Source: Mesorhizobium sp. (GTDB lineage: Bacteria > Pseudomonadota > Alphaproteobacteria > Rhizobiales > Rhizobiaceae). From it: a stretch of DNA of 42,529 bases. The position numbers and the translations under genes are program-made. Below are positions 21,076 to 32,793 of the stretch, in pieces (the stretch's first letter is position 1; every line of letters begins with the position of its first letter). The stretch covers positions 1 to 42,529 of the forward strand of contig JBDSLV010000113.1 in NCBI GenBank assembly GCA_039916205.1. The letters are read 5' to 3'. The notes beneath the pieces are model-generated. The model saw only the letters and a list, made by a program, of their open reading frames with translations. It had not been told where the DNA came from and made no database searches.

Positions 21076-22184
21076 TGTTGAGAACCAACCTGATCGATCG
21101 CCGCGATTTCCTCCGCGCCGCCGGTGTCGGCTTCATGGCGGCAATGGCGCCATCTGCCTGGGCCAAGACGCTTGCCGCCGACGCGGTCTTTGCCACCGCC
21201 TTCGTCAAGCGTGACGGCAGCTTTGGCGCCGCTGTCCTGTCCGAGGCCGGCAAGGTGCTGCACGCCATCGATCTGCCTGATCGGGGCCATGACGTCACGT
21301 TCGACCCGGTGTCGAGACGGTCCGTGGTTTTCGCCAGGCAGCCGGGCACCTTCGCCGTCATCTTCGACCATACCGGCCGCGATGCGCCGCAGACCCTCGC
21401 CAGCATTCCCGGCCGGCACTTCTTTGGCCATGGCGTGTTTTCGTCCGACGGCACGCTGCTCTATGCCACCGAGAACGATTTCGACAACGCAGCCGGCGTC
21501 GTCGGCGTCTACGATGCGCGGGCGAAGTTCAAGCGCATCGGGGAGTTCCCGACCTACGGCATGGGCTCGCACGAACTTCTGCTGTTGGGGGACGGCAAAA
21601 CGCTGGCCATCGCCAATGGTGGCATCGAGACCCATCCCGACTATGGCCGCGCCGAGCTGAACATCGCGACGATGAAGCCGTCATATGTGCTGGTGAACCG
21701 TGTCACCGGCGACCTCATCGAAAAGCACGAGCTGCCGCCGGCCCTGCACCAGCTGTCGATCCGCCACATGGATGCCGATCCGTCCGGCACGGTCTGGTTC
21801 GGTTGCCAGTATCGGGGGCCGGGCACCGACCGTCCGCTGCTCGTTGGGCGCGCCGCGCGCGGCAAGGATTTGCAACTGCTCGACATGCCGCCGGATGTGC
21901 TGTCCGGCTTTCGCAATTATATCGGCTCGGTCGCCGCCAATCCTGCGGCCGGCACGGTTGCCGTCTCCTCGCCGGAAGGCAATTCGCTGGCCGTCATCGA
22001 CATTGCCAGTGGGCGTATCGTCACCGCGAGCACGCTGGTCGAGGTTTGTGGCCTGGCACCCGACGGGCCGGGCTTCATGGCCACGACAGGTGCGGGAGAG
22101 ATCATCGAGGGCAATGGCGCGACACGGTCCGAACCGGACTATGTCTGGGACAACCACATGCTGCGTATCGAGACGGGCGCCTGA
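21075..22184 (+). CDS. Tat-exported DUF1513 beta-propeller protein
   Basis: Twin-arginine DRRDFL; LPDRGHD; RHFFGHGVFS; LYATEND; ANGGIETHPD; SIRH; WDNH; TGATG coupling. Confidence 0.88.
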   Translation: MLRTNLIDRRDFLRAAGVGFMAAMAPSAWAKTLAADAVFATAFVKRDGSFGAAVLSEAGKVLHAIDLPDRGHDVTFDPVSRRSVVFARQPGTFAVIFDHTGRDAPQTLASIPGRHFFGHGVFSSDGTLLYATENDFDNAAGVVGVYDARAKFKRIGEFPTYGMGSHELLLLGDGKTLAIANGGIETHPDYGRAELNIATMKPSYVLVNRVTGDLIEKHELPPALHQLSIRHMDADPSGTVWFGCQYRGPGTDRPLLVGRAARGKDLQLLDMPPDVLSGFRNYIGSVAANPAAGTVAVSSPEGNSLAVIDIASGRIVTASTLVEVCGLAPDGPGFMATTGAGEIIEGNGATRSEPDYVWDNHMLRIETGA

Positions 22185-22338
22185 CCGCGCTTGCCGCTCA
22201 CCGGTATGAAAATGCTGGCTTTTGCGGCCGGCGCGAAGCGAAGCCATTTAACGATTTCTGCATTATCCCCTTGCGGCGGCGAGCCATGGCGGGCACAGGG
22301 AAACAGTTTTTCGACCAGGGTTCTCCACCGGTTGCCTT

Positions 22339-23016
22339 ATGAAATTGCTTGCCATCGACTGTGCCGCCACTCTCTGCGCCGCTTGCGTCTATGATGCCGC
22401 GGCCGGTCAGGAGCTTGGCCGTTCGGTCCTCGATCTCGGCAAGGGCCACGCTGAGCATCTGATGGCGGTGATTGATGCGGCCTTTAAGGAGAGCCGGGTC
22501 GGCTATGCCGATCTCGGTGCGGTCGCGGTCTCCATTGGCCCAGGCTCCTTCACCGGCTTGCGCGTCGGTGTCTCGGCTGCACGGGGATTGGCGCTGGCCT
22601 TGAAGATCCCGGCGATCGGGGTGACGACGCTTGAGGCACTGGCGGCGCAAGCAGCCACAAATTTTCCCGGCCGCGCCGTCCTGGCGGTGCTGGATGCCGG
22701 GCGCGAGGAAATTCATGCCGCGCTTTACGATGAATTGTTCGGTTTGGCTTACGGTCCAGCGGTGACCACGCTTGCCGAAGCCGCCGCCATGGCGGCAGAA
22801 ACGTCCGCGGTGTTAACCGGCACCGCGGCGATGCAGATCGCCGCATCGGCCGGACGTACCTTCGACATTGGCCCGACGACTGCCACCGCCGATATCGCCG
22901 TCTACGCCAGGCTGGCCGCCACAAAAGGCGCGGGCGAAAAGCCGAAACCGCTCTACTTGCGCGGCGCCGACGCCAAGCCCCAGGCAGGTTTCATATTGTC
23001 CAGGCAGAAAAACTGA
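22339..23016 (+). CDS. tsaB: t6A biosynthesis protein TsaB
   Basis: LLAIDC; GHAEHL; GPGSFTGLRVG; PLYLR; adjacent to rimI. Confidence 0.93.
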   Translation: MKLLAIDCAATLCAACVYDAAAGQELGRSVLDLGKGHAEHLMAVIDAAFKESRVGYADLGAVAVSIGPGSFTGLRVGVSAARGLALALKIPAIGVTTLEALAAQAATNFPGRAVLAVLDAGREEIHAALYDELFGLAYGPAVTTLAEAAAMAAETSAVLTGTAAMQIAASAGRTFDIGPTTATADIAVYARLAATKGAGEKPKPLYLRGADAKPQAGFILSRQKN

Positions 23017-23510
23017 TGCGCATACCCTTTCTCCAACCACGCCGCCGGGACTATGCGCTTGGTCAGCTAACGATCGCGGATAGCCCGGCGGTTTCGCTGC
23101 TGCATCGCGAGGATTTTGTCCGGCCGTGGACCGATGGCGAATTCGCCGCACTGCTCGAACAAAACACGGTGTTCGGCTATGCCGCGCGCGAAACCGGGCA
23201 GGGCTCCAAACCGCCTGTCGGCTTCGTCCTGGCACGGCTGGCGGCGGGCGAAGGCGAGATTCTGACCGTTGCCGTGGCGCGCTCGCACCGCAGGCAGGGG
23301 CTGGGCTGGCAATTGATGGATGCAGTGCTGCGTGAATTGCATACGCAACGTGCCGAGGCGCTGTTCCTCGAGGTGGACGAAACCAACGTGGCCGCCATTG
23401 CTCTCTACCGGCGGCTGGGCTTCCGCGAGGTTGGCAAGCGTCCCAATTACTACAAGTCGCCGGAACATGGCCCGACAGGCGCGCTTGTCATGCGCCGCGA
23501 TCTTCGCTAG
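23016..23510 (+). CDS. rimI: Ribosomal protein alanine N-acetyltransferase (GNAT)
   Basis: EILTVAV..RRQGLG; LFLEVDETN..AIALY..LGF..VGKRPNYY. Confidence 0.9.
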   Translation: MRIPFLQPRRRDYALGQLTIADSPAVSLLHREDFVRPWTDGEFAALLEQNTVFGYAARETGQGSKPPVGFVLARLAAGEGEILTVAVARSHRRQGLGWQLMDAVLRELHTQRAEALFLEVDETNVAAIALYRRLGFREVGKRPNYYKSPEHGPTGALVMRRDLR

Positions 23511-23518
23511 CCAGAGTA

Positions 23519-23621
23519 GCGCATGACCCTGAAAATCGGAATCGATTTTCGGAAAGGATCATGCGCCAAATCAAAGCGTTACAGCGTCCCTTGCGCGTCC
23601 AAAGGACACGCGGCGCTGTAA
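23519..23621. repeat. Composite intergenic palindromic element (rhizobial RIME/REP-like)
   Basis: Nested inverted repeats GCGCATGA..GAAAATCG/CGATTTTC..TCATGCGC (23519-23566), then TTACAGCG..GTCC/GGAC..CGCTGTAA (23579-23621). Confidence 0.75.
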
Positions 23622-23638
23622 TGGCAGGGCTAAGTGCA

Positions 23639-24439
23639 ATGATCGGAAAAATCAGGATTTTCCTGGCGCTTGGCCTCGTTGCCGCCGGTTCGCTGGTGCT
23701 CGTGCCGCTGCAGATACTGTCGATGAAGACAGGTCTGTGGCCCGAGACGATCATTCTCAAGATCTGGCACAGGCTGGTTATCCGGGCGCTCGGCATGCGC
23801 ATCCATGTCAGGGGCGCGCTGTCAAATCAGCGTCCGCTGCTGGTCGCGTCGAACCACATTTCCTGGACCGACATCATGGTGCTGGGCTCTTTTGCCGACG
23901 TCAAATTCATCGCCAGGGCCGACATGGCCGGCTGGCCGTTGATTGGCATGCTGTCGAAATTGCAGCGCACTGTCTTCATCGAACGCGAGCGCAAGCGCTC
24001 GTCAGGCGACCAGGCAAGCGAGATCGCCAACCGCATGGCCAAGGGTGATGCCATGGTGCTGTTCGCCGAAGGCTCTACCGGCGACGGCAACATGATCCTG
24101 CCCTTCAAGAGCACGCTGTTTGGCGCCGCTTCCATGGCAATCTCGGAAGGCGCGGCCGAGCAGGTCTTCATCCAGCCGGTGGCGATAGTCTACACCCGCC
24201 TGCACGGTGTGCCGCTTGGCCGCCGGCACCGGCCAATGGCTGCCTGGATCGGTGACGAGGATCTGATGCCGCACTTGAAGGTCCTGATGGCTGAGGGCGC
24301 CCTCGACGTCGAGGTGCATTTTGGCGAACCGATTGCCTTCACCAAGGGTTCTAACCGCAAGGAAACGTCAAAACTCATGGAAAGCCGGGTGCGCGAGATG
24401 GTGCGGGCGGCACTCGCCGATCCGATACCAAGCCGCTAG
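23639..24439 (+). CDS. olsA: Lysophospholipid acyltransferase family, probable lyso-ornithine lipid O-acyltransferase
   Basis: NHISWTD (HX4D); VFIER; FAEGS..PFK. The olsA symbol rests on the rimI-x-miaB position as I recall it from Sinorhizobium meliloti. Confidence 0.75.
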   Translation: MIGKIRIFLALGLVAAGSLVLVPLQILSMKTGLWPETIILKIWHRLVIRALGMRIHVRGALSNQRPLLVASNHISWTDIMVLGSFADVKFIARADMAGWPLIGMLSKLQRTVFIERERKRSSGDQASEIANRMAKGDAMVLFAEGSTGDGNMILPFKSTLFGAASMAISEGAAEQVFIQPVAIVYTRLHGVPLGRRHRPMAAWIGDEDLMPHLKVLMAEGALDVEVHFGEPIAFTKGSNRKETSKLMESRVREMVRAALADPIPSR

Positions 24440-24501
24440 CCGCAAGGCTTCCGGGCAAAGGCGTCTGTTTTTTGTCACGGAAAGGCGTTAGAAGCCGCCG
24501 G

Positions 24502-25914
24502 ATGGAATTGAACACGATAGAGCGTGACGACATCGACACCGCGGCCGAAAGCATCGTTGCACCTGCCGCAGCGACCAAGAAGGTCTTCGTCAAGACCTAT
24601 GGCTGCCAGATGAACGTCTATGATTCGCAGCGCATGACCGATGCGCTGGCCGCTGACGGCTATACCGCGACGGATGCTATCGGCGAGGCCGACCTGGTGC
24701 TGCTCAACACGTGCCATATCAGGGAGAAAGCGGCCGAAAAGGTCTATTCCGAGCTCGGCCGTATCCGCGACATGAAGGCTGAGCGGGCGCTTGCTGGGCG
24801 CGAGATGCTGATCGGCGTGGCCGGCTGCGTCGCGCAGGCGGAAGGCGCCGAGATCATCCGGCGCTCGCCGTCGGTCGACCTGGTCATCGGCCCGCAGACC
24901 TATCACCGGTTGCCCGACGTGCTGGCGCGGGTGCGTGGCGGCGAGAAGATCGTCGAGACCGAATATGCCATCGAGGACAAGTTCGAGCACCTGCCGCAAC
25001 CCAAGCGCACTGAAATCATAAAGCGCGGCGTGACGGCGTTCCTCACTGTGCAGGAAGGTTGCGACAAGTTCTGCACCTTCTGCGTTGTGCCCTACACGCG
25101 TGGCTCCGAAGTGTCGCGGTCGGTGGCGCAGATTGTCGCCGAGGCCGAGCGGCTGGCGCAGGCCGGCGTGCGCGAGGTGACGCTGCTTGGCCAGAACGTC
25201 AATGCCTGGCACGGCCAGGGCGAGAATGGCGAAGAGTGGGGCCTTGGCCGCCTGCTGCACCGGCTGGCCGAAATTCCAGGGCTGGCGCGGCTGCGTTACA
25301 CGACCAGCCATCCACGCGACATGGATGACGAACTGATCGCCGCGCACCGCGATCTGCCTGTGCTGATGCCTTACCTGCATCTGCCTGTGCAGTCGGGTTC
25401 CGACCGTATCCTCAAGGCGATGAACCGCAGGCACACGGCGAGGGACTACCTGACCCTGCTGGACCGCGTCCGCGCCGCACGGACCGACATCGCGATTTCG
25501 GGCGACTTCATCGTCGGCTTCCCCGGCGAGACCGAGGCGGATTTCGAGGCAACCATGCAATTGGTCCGCGAGGTCAATTATGCCTCGGCCTTCTCGTTCA
25601 AATACTCGCCGCGCCCCGGCACGCCAGGCGCCGAGATGGCCGACCATGTGGCCGAGGATGTCAAGGACGAGCGCCTGCAGCGGCTGCAGGCCTTGCTCCT
25701 GAAGCAGCAGCAGGATTTTGGCACCAGCCAGGTCGGCAAGACCATGGATACGCTGATCGAGAAGCCTGGCCGCCAGGCCGGCCAGAAGGTTGGCCGTTCG
25801 CCTTGGCTGCAGCCAGTAATTGTTGATGAAAACGCCGGCGAAATCGGTGACATTATCCAGGTGCGAATCACGAAGACGGGCTACAACAGCCTGTTCGCCG
25901 AATTGGCCCCATGA
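24502..25914 (+). CDS. miaB: tRNA methylthiotransferase MiaB
   Basis: [12 protein letters not shown]; NTCHIREKA; radical-SAM CDKFCTFC; YSPRPGTP; C-terminal TRAM domain. Confidence 0.97.
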   Translation: MELNTIERDDIDTAAESIVAPAAATKKVFVKTYGCQMNVYDSQRMTDALAADGYTATDAIGEADLVLLNTCHIREKAAEKVYSELGRIRDMKAERALAGREMLIGVAGCVAQAEGAEIIRRSPSVDLVIGPQTYHRLPDVLARVRGGEKIVETEYAIEDKFEHLPQPKRTEIIKRGVTAFLTVQEGCDKFCTFCVVPYTRGSEVSRSVAQIVAEAERLAQAGVREVTLLGQNVNAWHGQGENGEEWGLGRLLHRLAEIPGLARLRYTTSHPRDMDDELIAAHRDLPVLMPYLHLPVQSGSDRILKAMNRRHTARDYLTLLDRVRAARTDIAISGDFIVGFPGETEADFEATMQLVREVNYASAFSFKYSPRPGTPGAEMADHVAEDVKDERLQRLQALLLKQQQDFGTSQVGKTMDTLIEKPGRQAGQKVGRSPWLQPVIVDENAGEIGDIIQVRITKTGYNSLFAELAP

Positions 25915-25940
25915 CGGCCTCGGCAGATGAGGAGAGACGG

Positions 25941-26990
25941 TTGAGCGCTGCGGAAGTGAAGGCTCTGCCCCAGAACGTTGCCTCCGGGGCCTCTGATATG
26001 GCGCACATCGTTCTGACTTTCGACAACAACAAGCTTGCCAGCGCCCTTTATGGCCAGTTCGACGAGAATCTGGCCAGGCTCGAGCAAAAGCTCGGGGTCG
26101 ACATCCGCTCGCGCGGCAACCAGTTGACCATCAAGGGTTCGGGGTCAGCCGCCGAGCAGGCGCGCCGTGCGCTCGACAGTCTCTATGGCATTCTGCAGAA
26201 GGGCGCCGACATCGGTCAGTCCGACGTCGATGGCGCGGTGCGCATGGCGATGGCCGCCGACGATCAGCTAACGCTGCCGACGCTGGAGCGCAAGGGCAAG
26301 GTCTCCGCTGCCCAGATCGCCACGCGCAAGAAGACGATCTATGCCCGTTCGCTCAACCAGGATGCCTATATGCGGGCGCTGGAGCGGTCGGAACTGGTGT
26401 TCGGCATCGGTCCGGCGGGTACCGGCAAGACCTATCTGGCGGTGGCGCATGCCGCGATGCTGCTGGAGCGCGGCATGGTGGAACGCATCATTCTTTCGCG
26501 TCCTGCAGTCGAGGCGGGCGAGCGGCTGGGCTTTCTGCCGGGCGACATGAAGGAAAAGGTCGATCCGTATCTGCGTCCTCTCTATGACGCGCTCTACGAC
26601 ATGATGCCGGCCGACAAGGTCGAACGCGCCATTGCCGCCGAGGTGATCGAAATCGCGCCGCTCGCCTTCATGCGCGGCCGCACGCTGGCGCATGCCGCCG
26701 TCATTCTCGACGAGGCGCAAAACACAACGCCGATGCAGATGAAGATGTTCCTGACGCGTCTGGGCGAAAATTCGCGCATGATCGTCACCGGCGATCCGAC
26801 ACAGATCGATCTTCCCTCGAACACCAAATCCGGCCTGGTCGAAGCCTTGCGGGTTTTGGATGGTGTCGCGGGGGCAGTCACCGTGCGCTTCAACGACGGC
26901 GACGTGGTTCGTCACCCGTTGGTGGCTGAAATCGTCAGGGCTTACGACCGCGACGCCAAGCTGGCGCGCGGCCTCGGCGCCGAGAATTGA
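25941..26990 (+). CDS. phoH: PhoH-like ATPase (YbeZ)
   Basis: Probable TTG start after GAGGAG; GPAGTGKT; RPAVEAGERLGFLPG; MRGRT; DEAQN. Confidence 0.93.
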   Translation: MSAAEVKALPQNVASGASDMAHIVLTFDNNKLASALYGQFDENLARLEQKLGVDIRSRGNQLTIKGSGSAAEQARRALDSLYGILQKGADIGQSDVDGAVRMAMAADDQLTLPTLERKGKVSAAQIATRKKTIYARSLNQDAYMRALERSELVFGIGPAGTGKTYLAVAHAAMLLERGMVERIILSRPAVEAGERLGFLPGDMKEKVDPYLRPLYDALYDMMPADKVERAIAAEVIEIAPLAFMRGRTLAHAAVILDEAQNTTPMQMKMFLTRLGENSRMIVTGDPTQIDLPSNTKSGLVEALRVLDGVAGAVTVRFNDGDVVRHPLVAEIVRAYDRDAKLARGLGAEN

Positions 26991-27007
26991 TCTGACGATG
27001 CGGCGTC

Positions 27008-27508
27008 ATGCCTGAACACATCAAACCTGTCGGCGGGGACTTGCCCGTCGACATCGACCTAATTGTCGAGGCGGGAGATTGGCCAGATGAGGCCGAGCTT
27101 TCGCGGCTGGTCGACAGGGCTGCGGCTGCCGCTTTCGCCGAAACGGGCGCTAAGGGACATTCCGAACTCAGCGTCGTTTTTTCCGACGACGCCCATGTTC
27201 AGAGGCTGAATGCCGGCTGGCGCGGCAAGGACAAGCCCACCAACGTCCTGTCTTTCCCGGCTTTTCCCTTCCCCAAGGGCGGTCCCCTGCCGCCGATGCT
27301 GGGCGACATTGTCCTGGCCGCCGAAACCGTCTCGCGCGAAGCGGCACTGGAAGACAAGCCCGTCGAGAACCATATCACCCATCTCGTCATTCATGGCCTG
27401 CTGCATCTGCTTGGCTATGATCACGAGACCGACGCCGAGGCCGAGGAGATGGAAGCCCTGGAGCGGACGGCGCTTGCAAGGCTTGCCATTCCCGATCCCT
27501 ACGCGTAA
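27008..27508 (+). CDS. ybeY: rRNA maturation endoribonuclease YbeY
   Basis: [12 protein letters not shown]; [11 protein letters not shown]. Confidence 0.96.
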   Translation: MPEHIKPVGGDLPVDIDLIVEAGDWPDEAELSRLVDRAAAAAFAETGAKGHSELSVVFSDDAHVQRLNAGWRGKDKPTNVLSFPAFPFPKGGPLPPMLGDIVLAAETVSREAALEDKPVENHITHLVIHGLLHLLGYDHETDAEAEEMEALERTALARLAIPDPYA

Positions 27509-27535
27509 CTACATCTGACAATTGACCGGACGACG

Positions 27536-28624
27536 ATGAACGACAAACCTGAAACTGCCGCCCGCCCCGACGCCGGCAGTACGACCAAGGCTTCCGACAC
27601 CTCGGAAGAGGGATCAAGTCCGAGTACCGTTACCCCTGGTGTTGCCAACACCGGCAGCGCTGTCCTTGAGCCGTCGCCTGCCGGCCCTTCCCTGTTCGAC
27701 CGCATTGTGGGCCTGTTCCGGCAGCGCAACGGAACCAGCCTGCGCGAGGAAATCGCCGGCGCGCTTGCCGAGACGACCACCGACGCCGAATCGTTCTCGC
27801 CGGGCGAACGCGCCATGCTCAACAACATCCTGCGGCTGCGTGAGGTGCGCGTCGAGGATGTGATGGTGCCGCGCGCCGACATCGAAGCGGTTGAGATCAC
27901 CACGACGCTGGGCGATCTGCTCGGACTTTTCGAGCAGTCCGGCCATTCCCGCATGCCGGTCTATTCCGAGACGCTCGACGATCCGCGCGGCATGGTCCAC
28001 ATCCGTGACGTACTGGCCCACATCACCAAGATCGCCCGCGTCAAGAAGGGCCGGGCCAGGAAAGCCCCGGTTGCCACCATGCTCGATCTGACTCAGGTCG
28101 ACCTCGCGCGCACCATTGGCGACCTCAACCTGATCCGCCCGGTTCTGTTCGTGCCGCCGTCGATGCTTGCCTCCGACCTGATGGGCCGCATGCAGACGAC
28201 GCGCACGCAGATGGCGCTGGTCATCGATGAATATGGCGGTACCGATGGTCTCGCTTCGCTCGAGGACATCGTCGAGATGGTCGTCGGCGACATCGAGGAT
28301 GAGCATGACGACGACGAGCCGATGATCACCCAGGCCGGCGAAGGCGTGTTCATCGTCGACGGCAAGGCCGAGATCGACGACGTCGCCAAGATGATCGGCG
28401 AGGATTTCGCCGCCGGTGAACATGGCGAATATGTCGACACGATCGGCGGCATGATCTTCAACACGCTTGGCCGTGTTCCGGCGCGCGGCGAAGTGGTGCA
28501 AGCCATCCCCGGTTTCGAGTTCCACGTGCTGGACGCCGATCCGCGTCGCGTCAAGCGGGTGCGCATCGTTCAGAGCCAGAAGGGCGAACGCCGCCGCCGC
28601 GTCGCGCGCACCGAGCAAGCCTGA
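27536..28624 (+). CDS. corC: CBS-pair/CorC_HlyC protein (CorC-like)
   Basis: VEDVMVPR; HSRMPVY; VIDEYGGTDGL; IVGDIEDEHD-type motif (VVGDIEDEHD); position between ybeY and lnt. Confidence 0.88.
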   Translation: MNDKPETAARPDAGSTTKASDTSEEGSSPSTVTPGVANTGSAVLEPSPAGPSLFDRIVGLFRQRNGTSLREEIAGALAETTTDAESFSPGERAMLNNILRLREVRVEDVMVPRADIEAVEITTTLGDLLGLFEQSGHSRMPVYSETLDDPRGMVHIRDVLAHITKIARVKKGRARKAPVATMLDLTQVDLARTIGDLNLIRPVLFVPPSMLASDLMGRMQTTRTQMALVIDEYGGTDGLASLEDIVEMVVGDIEDEHDDDEPMITQAGEGVFIVDGKAEIDDVAKMIGEDFAAGEHGEYVDTIGGMIFNTLGRVPARGEVVQAIPGFEFHVLDADPRRVKRVRIVQSQKGERRRRVARTEQA

Positions 28625-28638
28625 TACGCATCGCCGGA

Positions 28639-29106
28639 ATGATGGCCGAAGACCCCTTCAAGCATTCAGCCATGGGTTCGGGGGGTCTACAAGGATCCGT
28701 GGGCGGCGCTTGCCTGGCTTGAAGCGGCCTTTGGTTTCGAACGCAGCATGGTGGTCAGCGATGCCGGCGGCAGGCTTGTCCATTCCGAGATGCGGTTCGG
28801 TGACGGCTACATCATCGTCGATTCCGAATGGACCGGCTATGTCGCCAGCCCGGCTTCGGTCGCAGGCAAGAACACGCAATCGGTCTATGTCCGCCTGAAA
28901 GAGGGGATCGACGCCCATTGCGAGCATGCGAGGGCCGTCGGCGCGGCCATTGTCCAGGAACCGGAGGATCAGTTCTACGGCGAGCGGCTCTACCGGGCTC
29001 GCGATCCTGAAGGCCATGTCTGGACTTTCACGCAAACCCTCCGCTCGGTTCGCGGGAAGAGGCCGAACGGCTGGGCGATGTGGAGATCGAAGGCTGGCAT
29101 AGATAG
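28639..29106 (+). pseudogene. VOC/glyoxalase (PhnB-like) gene with two frameshifts
   Basis: The central frame reads YKDPWAALAWLEAAFGFE..HSEMRFGDG..DQFYGERLYRARDPEGHVWTF. The N-terminus MMAEDPFK..GSG is out of frame at a G6 run (28680-28685). The C-terminus REEAERLGDVEIEGWHR* is out of frame at 29049-29050. Confidence 0.78.
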
Positions 29107-29189
29107 GCGCAGGGCGGTCATCCGTATTTGGAGCGCAAGCCGCGGCCTGATAAATCTTGGCTCCTGATTCGCGCGACTCGGAAGTTTGC

Positions 29190-30782
29190 ATGGAGCGCCT
29201 TGCCGGCCGGATAATTTTGCTTTGGGGTTGGCGGCGTGCGCTTGTGGCGTTTCTCGCCGGCGCGTTGGCAGTTCTTGGCCAGGCCCCTTACGATTTCTTT
29301 GCCGCCTGCTTCATCTCGTTTCCGCTCCTGGTGTGGCTGCTCGACGGCGCCACCGGCGAAGCCTCGGGCAGCCTGTTCCGGCGCTTGCGACCGGCCTTCG
29401 CCGTTGGCTGGTGGTTCGGCTTCGGCTATTTCCTTGCCGGCCTTTGGTGGATCGGCTCGGCGCTTCTGGTCGAGGCCGATAGCTTCGCCTGGGCCTTGCC
29501 GTTCGCCGTCGTCGGCATTCCTTTCGCACTCGCCTTCTTCTACGGCTTCGCAACGCTGGTTGCCCGGCTGTTATGGAGCAGCGATATCGGCCGCATCGCG
29601 GCCCTTGCCTTCGGCTTTGGCCTGACCGAATGGCTGCGTAGCTTCCTGTTCACCGGCTTTCCCTGGAATGCCGTCGGCTATGCGGCAATGCCGGTGCCCC
29701 TGCTGATGCAAAGCGTGTCGGTGACCGGCATGATCGGCATGAATGCGCTCGCGGTGTTCGTCTTTGCGCTGCCGGCGCTGCTCGCGGCACGTCGGCATCT
29801 GCGTCTCGGCCTGGCGCTGTTTGTCGTCCTGGTCGCCGTCCATGCCGGGTTTGGCTATTTCAGGCTTGCCGCTCCCGGGAAGCAGGCCACGCAAAGCGTC
29901 GATGTCCGCATCGTTCAGCCTGCCGTCGATCTCTCTGAAAAATGGGACGCCTCGGTGCGCGACCGCATCTTCGCCACCTTGATGGGGCTGTCGGCCAAGG
30001 CGCCCGAGCCCGGTCACGGCAAGCCGCAACTCATCCTGTGGCCGGAAACCTCGGTGCCATTCCTGTTCACCGAGCGGCCGGACGCGTTGACGGCGCTGGG
30101 TGATATGCTCGGCGATGGCCAGATGCTGATCGCCGGTGTCGTGCGCGAGGAGGGCGGTTCGGGGGCCAACGCGGAAAGCCGCTACTACAATTCCGTGGTG
30201 GCCATAAACGACAAGGGCGAGATCGCCGACGCCGTCGACAAGGTGCATCTGGTGCCGTTCGGCGAATACCTGCCTTTCTCCGACCTGCTTGCCCGTTTTG
30301 GCATCGGCCAGCTTGTTGCGGGGCCGATGAATTTCGCCGCCGGCAATGAACGGCACGCAATCGCGCTGCCGGGCGGCCTGCGGGCGCTGCCCTTTATCTG
30401 TTATGAGGTGATCTTTCCCGAACTGGTGGCAGTTGACGCTACGTCAGCGCAGCTTATTGTGAATGTCACAAATGACGCGTGGTTCGGTGACACGCCGGGT
30501 CCGTACCAGCATTTCAGGCAGGCTCAGATTAGGGCGGTGGAAAACGGTGTGCCTTTGTTGCGTGCGGCCAACAATGGCATCTCCGCGGTCGTTGATCCAC
30601 AAGGACGCATCGTCGACGCATTGGCGATCGACGCGCGGGGAGCCATCGATGTGCGGGTGCCAATTTCTGAACAAACTGTCCTATCCTCGAGCCAAAGGCG
30701 CATTAACGGAATGCTGATCATGTTGCTGTTTGCCATGGCTGCTGCATTGCTCAATGTAAGGCAACGGCTACGGGTGAATTGA
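29190..30782 (+). CDS. lnt: Apolipoprotein N-acyltransferase
   Basis: TM helices; FTGFPW; catalytic triad in [14 protein letters not shown] and ICYE; NVTNDAWFG. Confidence 0.96.
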   Translation: MERLAGRIILLWGWRRALVAFLAGALAVLGQAPYDFFAACFISFPLLVWLLDGATGEASGSLFRRLRPAFAVGWWFGFGYFLAGLWWIGSALLVEADSFAWALPFAVVGIPFALAFFYGFATLVARLLWSSDIGRIAALAFGFGLTEWLRSFLFTGFPWNAVGYAAMPVPLLMQSVSVTGMIGMNALAVFVFALPALLAARRHLRLGLALFVVLVAVHAGFGYFRLAAPGKQATQSVDVRIVQPAVDLSEKWDASVRDRIFATLMGLSAKAPEPGHGKPQLILWPETSVPFLFTERPDALTALGDMLGDGQMLIAGVVREEGGSGANAESRYYNSVVAINDKGEIADAVDKVHLVPFGEYLPFSDLLARFGIGQLVAGPMNFAAGNERHAIALPGGLRALPFICYEVIFPELVAVDATSAQLIVNVTNDAWFGDTPGPYQHFRQAQIRAVENGVPLLRAANNGISAVVDPQGRIVDALAIDARGAIDVRVPISEQTVLSSSQRRINGMLIMLLFAMAAALLNVRQRLRVN

Positions 30783-30808
30783 CAGTCAACACATTAGAAA
30801 CTCATACT
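30779..30808 (+). promoter_or_regulatory. Possible sigma70 promoter of the XRE gene, with a TTGAC-A-GTCAA palindrome over the -35
   Basis: TTGACA (30779-30784), 18 bp, CATACT (30803-30808). Confidence 0.45.
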
Positions 30809-30921
30809 GTAACGGCCTGAAATTTCTCGAAGTTGGTGGATCGTTCTGTTGGGGCAGACGCCTCCGGCTTCATTTGGGCTAGAAAAAATAGACAAAGCCG
30901 AAAAAATTCGGCGAGGAAAAA

Positions 30922-31341
30922 ATGACAGAAGACAACAAGAAAAAACCGAATCCGATCGACATCCACGTCGGAAGTCGCATCCGGCTTCGCCGCAATATGC
31001 TCGGAATGAGCCAGGAGAAGCTGGGTGAGAATCTCGGCATAACGTTTCAGCAGATCCAGAAATATGAGAAGGGCACCAACCGCGTCGGCGCCAGCCGTCT
31101 GCAAGCCATAGCTTCCATACTCGGCGTGCCTGTCGCCTTCTTCTTCGAGGATGCACCAGGCCAGGAAGCCACGACCAACCGTGGCTTCGCGGAGGATGCC
31201 TCGATGGCTTTCGCCGTCGAATTCTGCGGCAGCCCGGAGGGCCTCCAGCTCAACCGGGCTTTCGTCAAGATCGCCGATGTCAAGGTACGCCGCAGGATCA
31301 TCGACCTGGTGAAGTCGCTCGCGGCCGACGATTTCGACTGA
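30922..31341 (+). CDS. XRE-family HTH transcriptional regulator
   Basis: PNPIDIHVGSRIRLRR..SQEKLG..LGITFQQIQKYEKGTNRVGASRL. Confidence 0.93.
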   Translation: MTEDNKKKPNPIDIHVGSRIRLRRNMLGMSQEKLGENLGITFQQIQKYEKGTNRVGASRLQAIASILGVPVAFFFEDAPGQEATTNRGFAEDASMAFAVEFCGSPEGLQLNRAFVKIADVKVRRRIIDLVKSLAADDFD

Positions 31342-31353
31342 TCCTGGCGCTCA

Positions 31354-31376
31354 ACCGGCGGCGTTCTGCCGCCGGT
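31354..31376 (+). terminator. GC-rich stem-loop downstream of the XRE gene
   Basis: ACCGGCGGC-GTTCT-GCCGCCGGT forms a 9-bp stem; there is no U-tract, so it may only stabilise the RNA. Confidence 0.4.
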
Positions 31377-31424
31377 GGCACAAAATAATAGCTTCGACAT
31401 TTCATGCCAGATCGGACGCGCCGC

Positions 31425-31453
31425 TTGACGAGCGGCGCTCCGCACCGCTAACA
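31425..31453 (+). promoter_or_regulatory. Probable sigma70 promoter of metK
   Basis: TTGACG-N17-CTAACA resembles the rhizobial CTTGAC-N17-CTATAT consensus. Confidence 0.5.
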
Positions 31454-31506
31454 CGTGGCGCGCCAAAATCGGCAGCCTGCCGATCGTTTTTCAAGAGGGG
31501 ACACCC

Positions 31507-32772
<1,266 letters not shown>

Positions 32773-32793
32773 TCGCGGCGCCAAGCCCCGCCC

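Noticed and set aside
31342-31506. SAM riboswitch upstream of metK
   Set aside because: I recognise no SAM-II or SAM/SAH core; only a simple hairpin, reported separately
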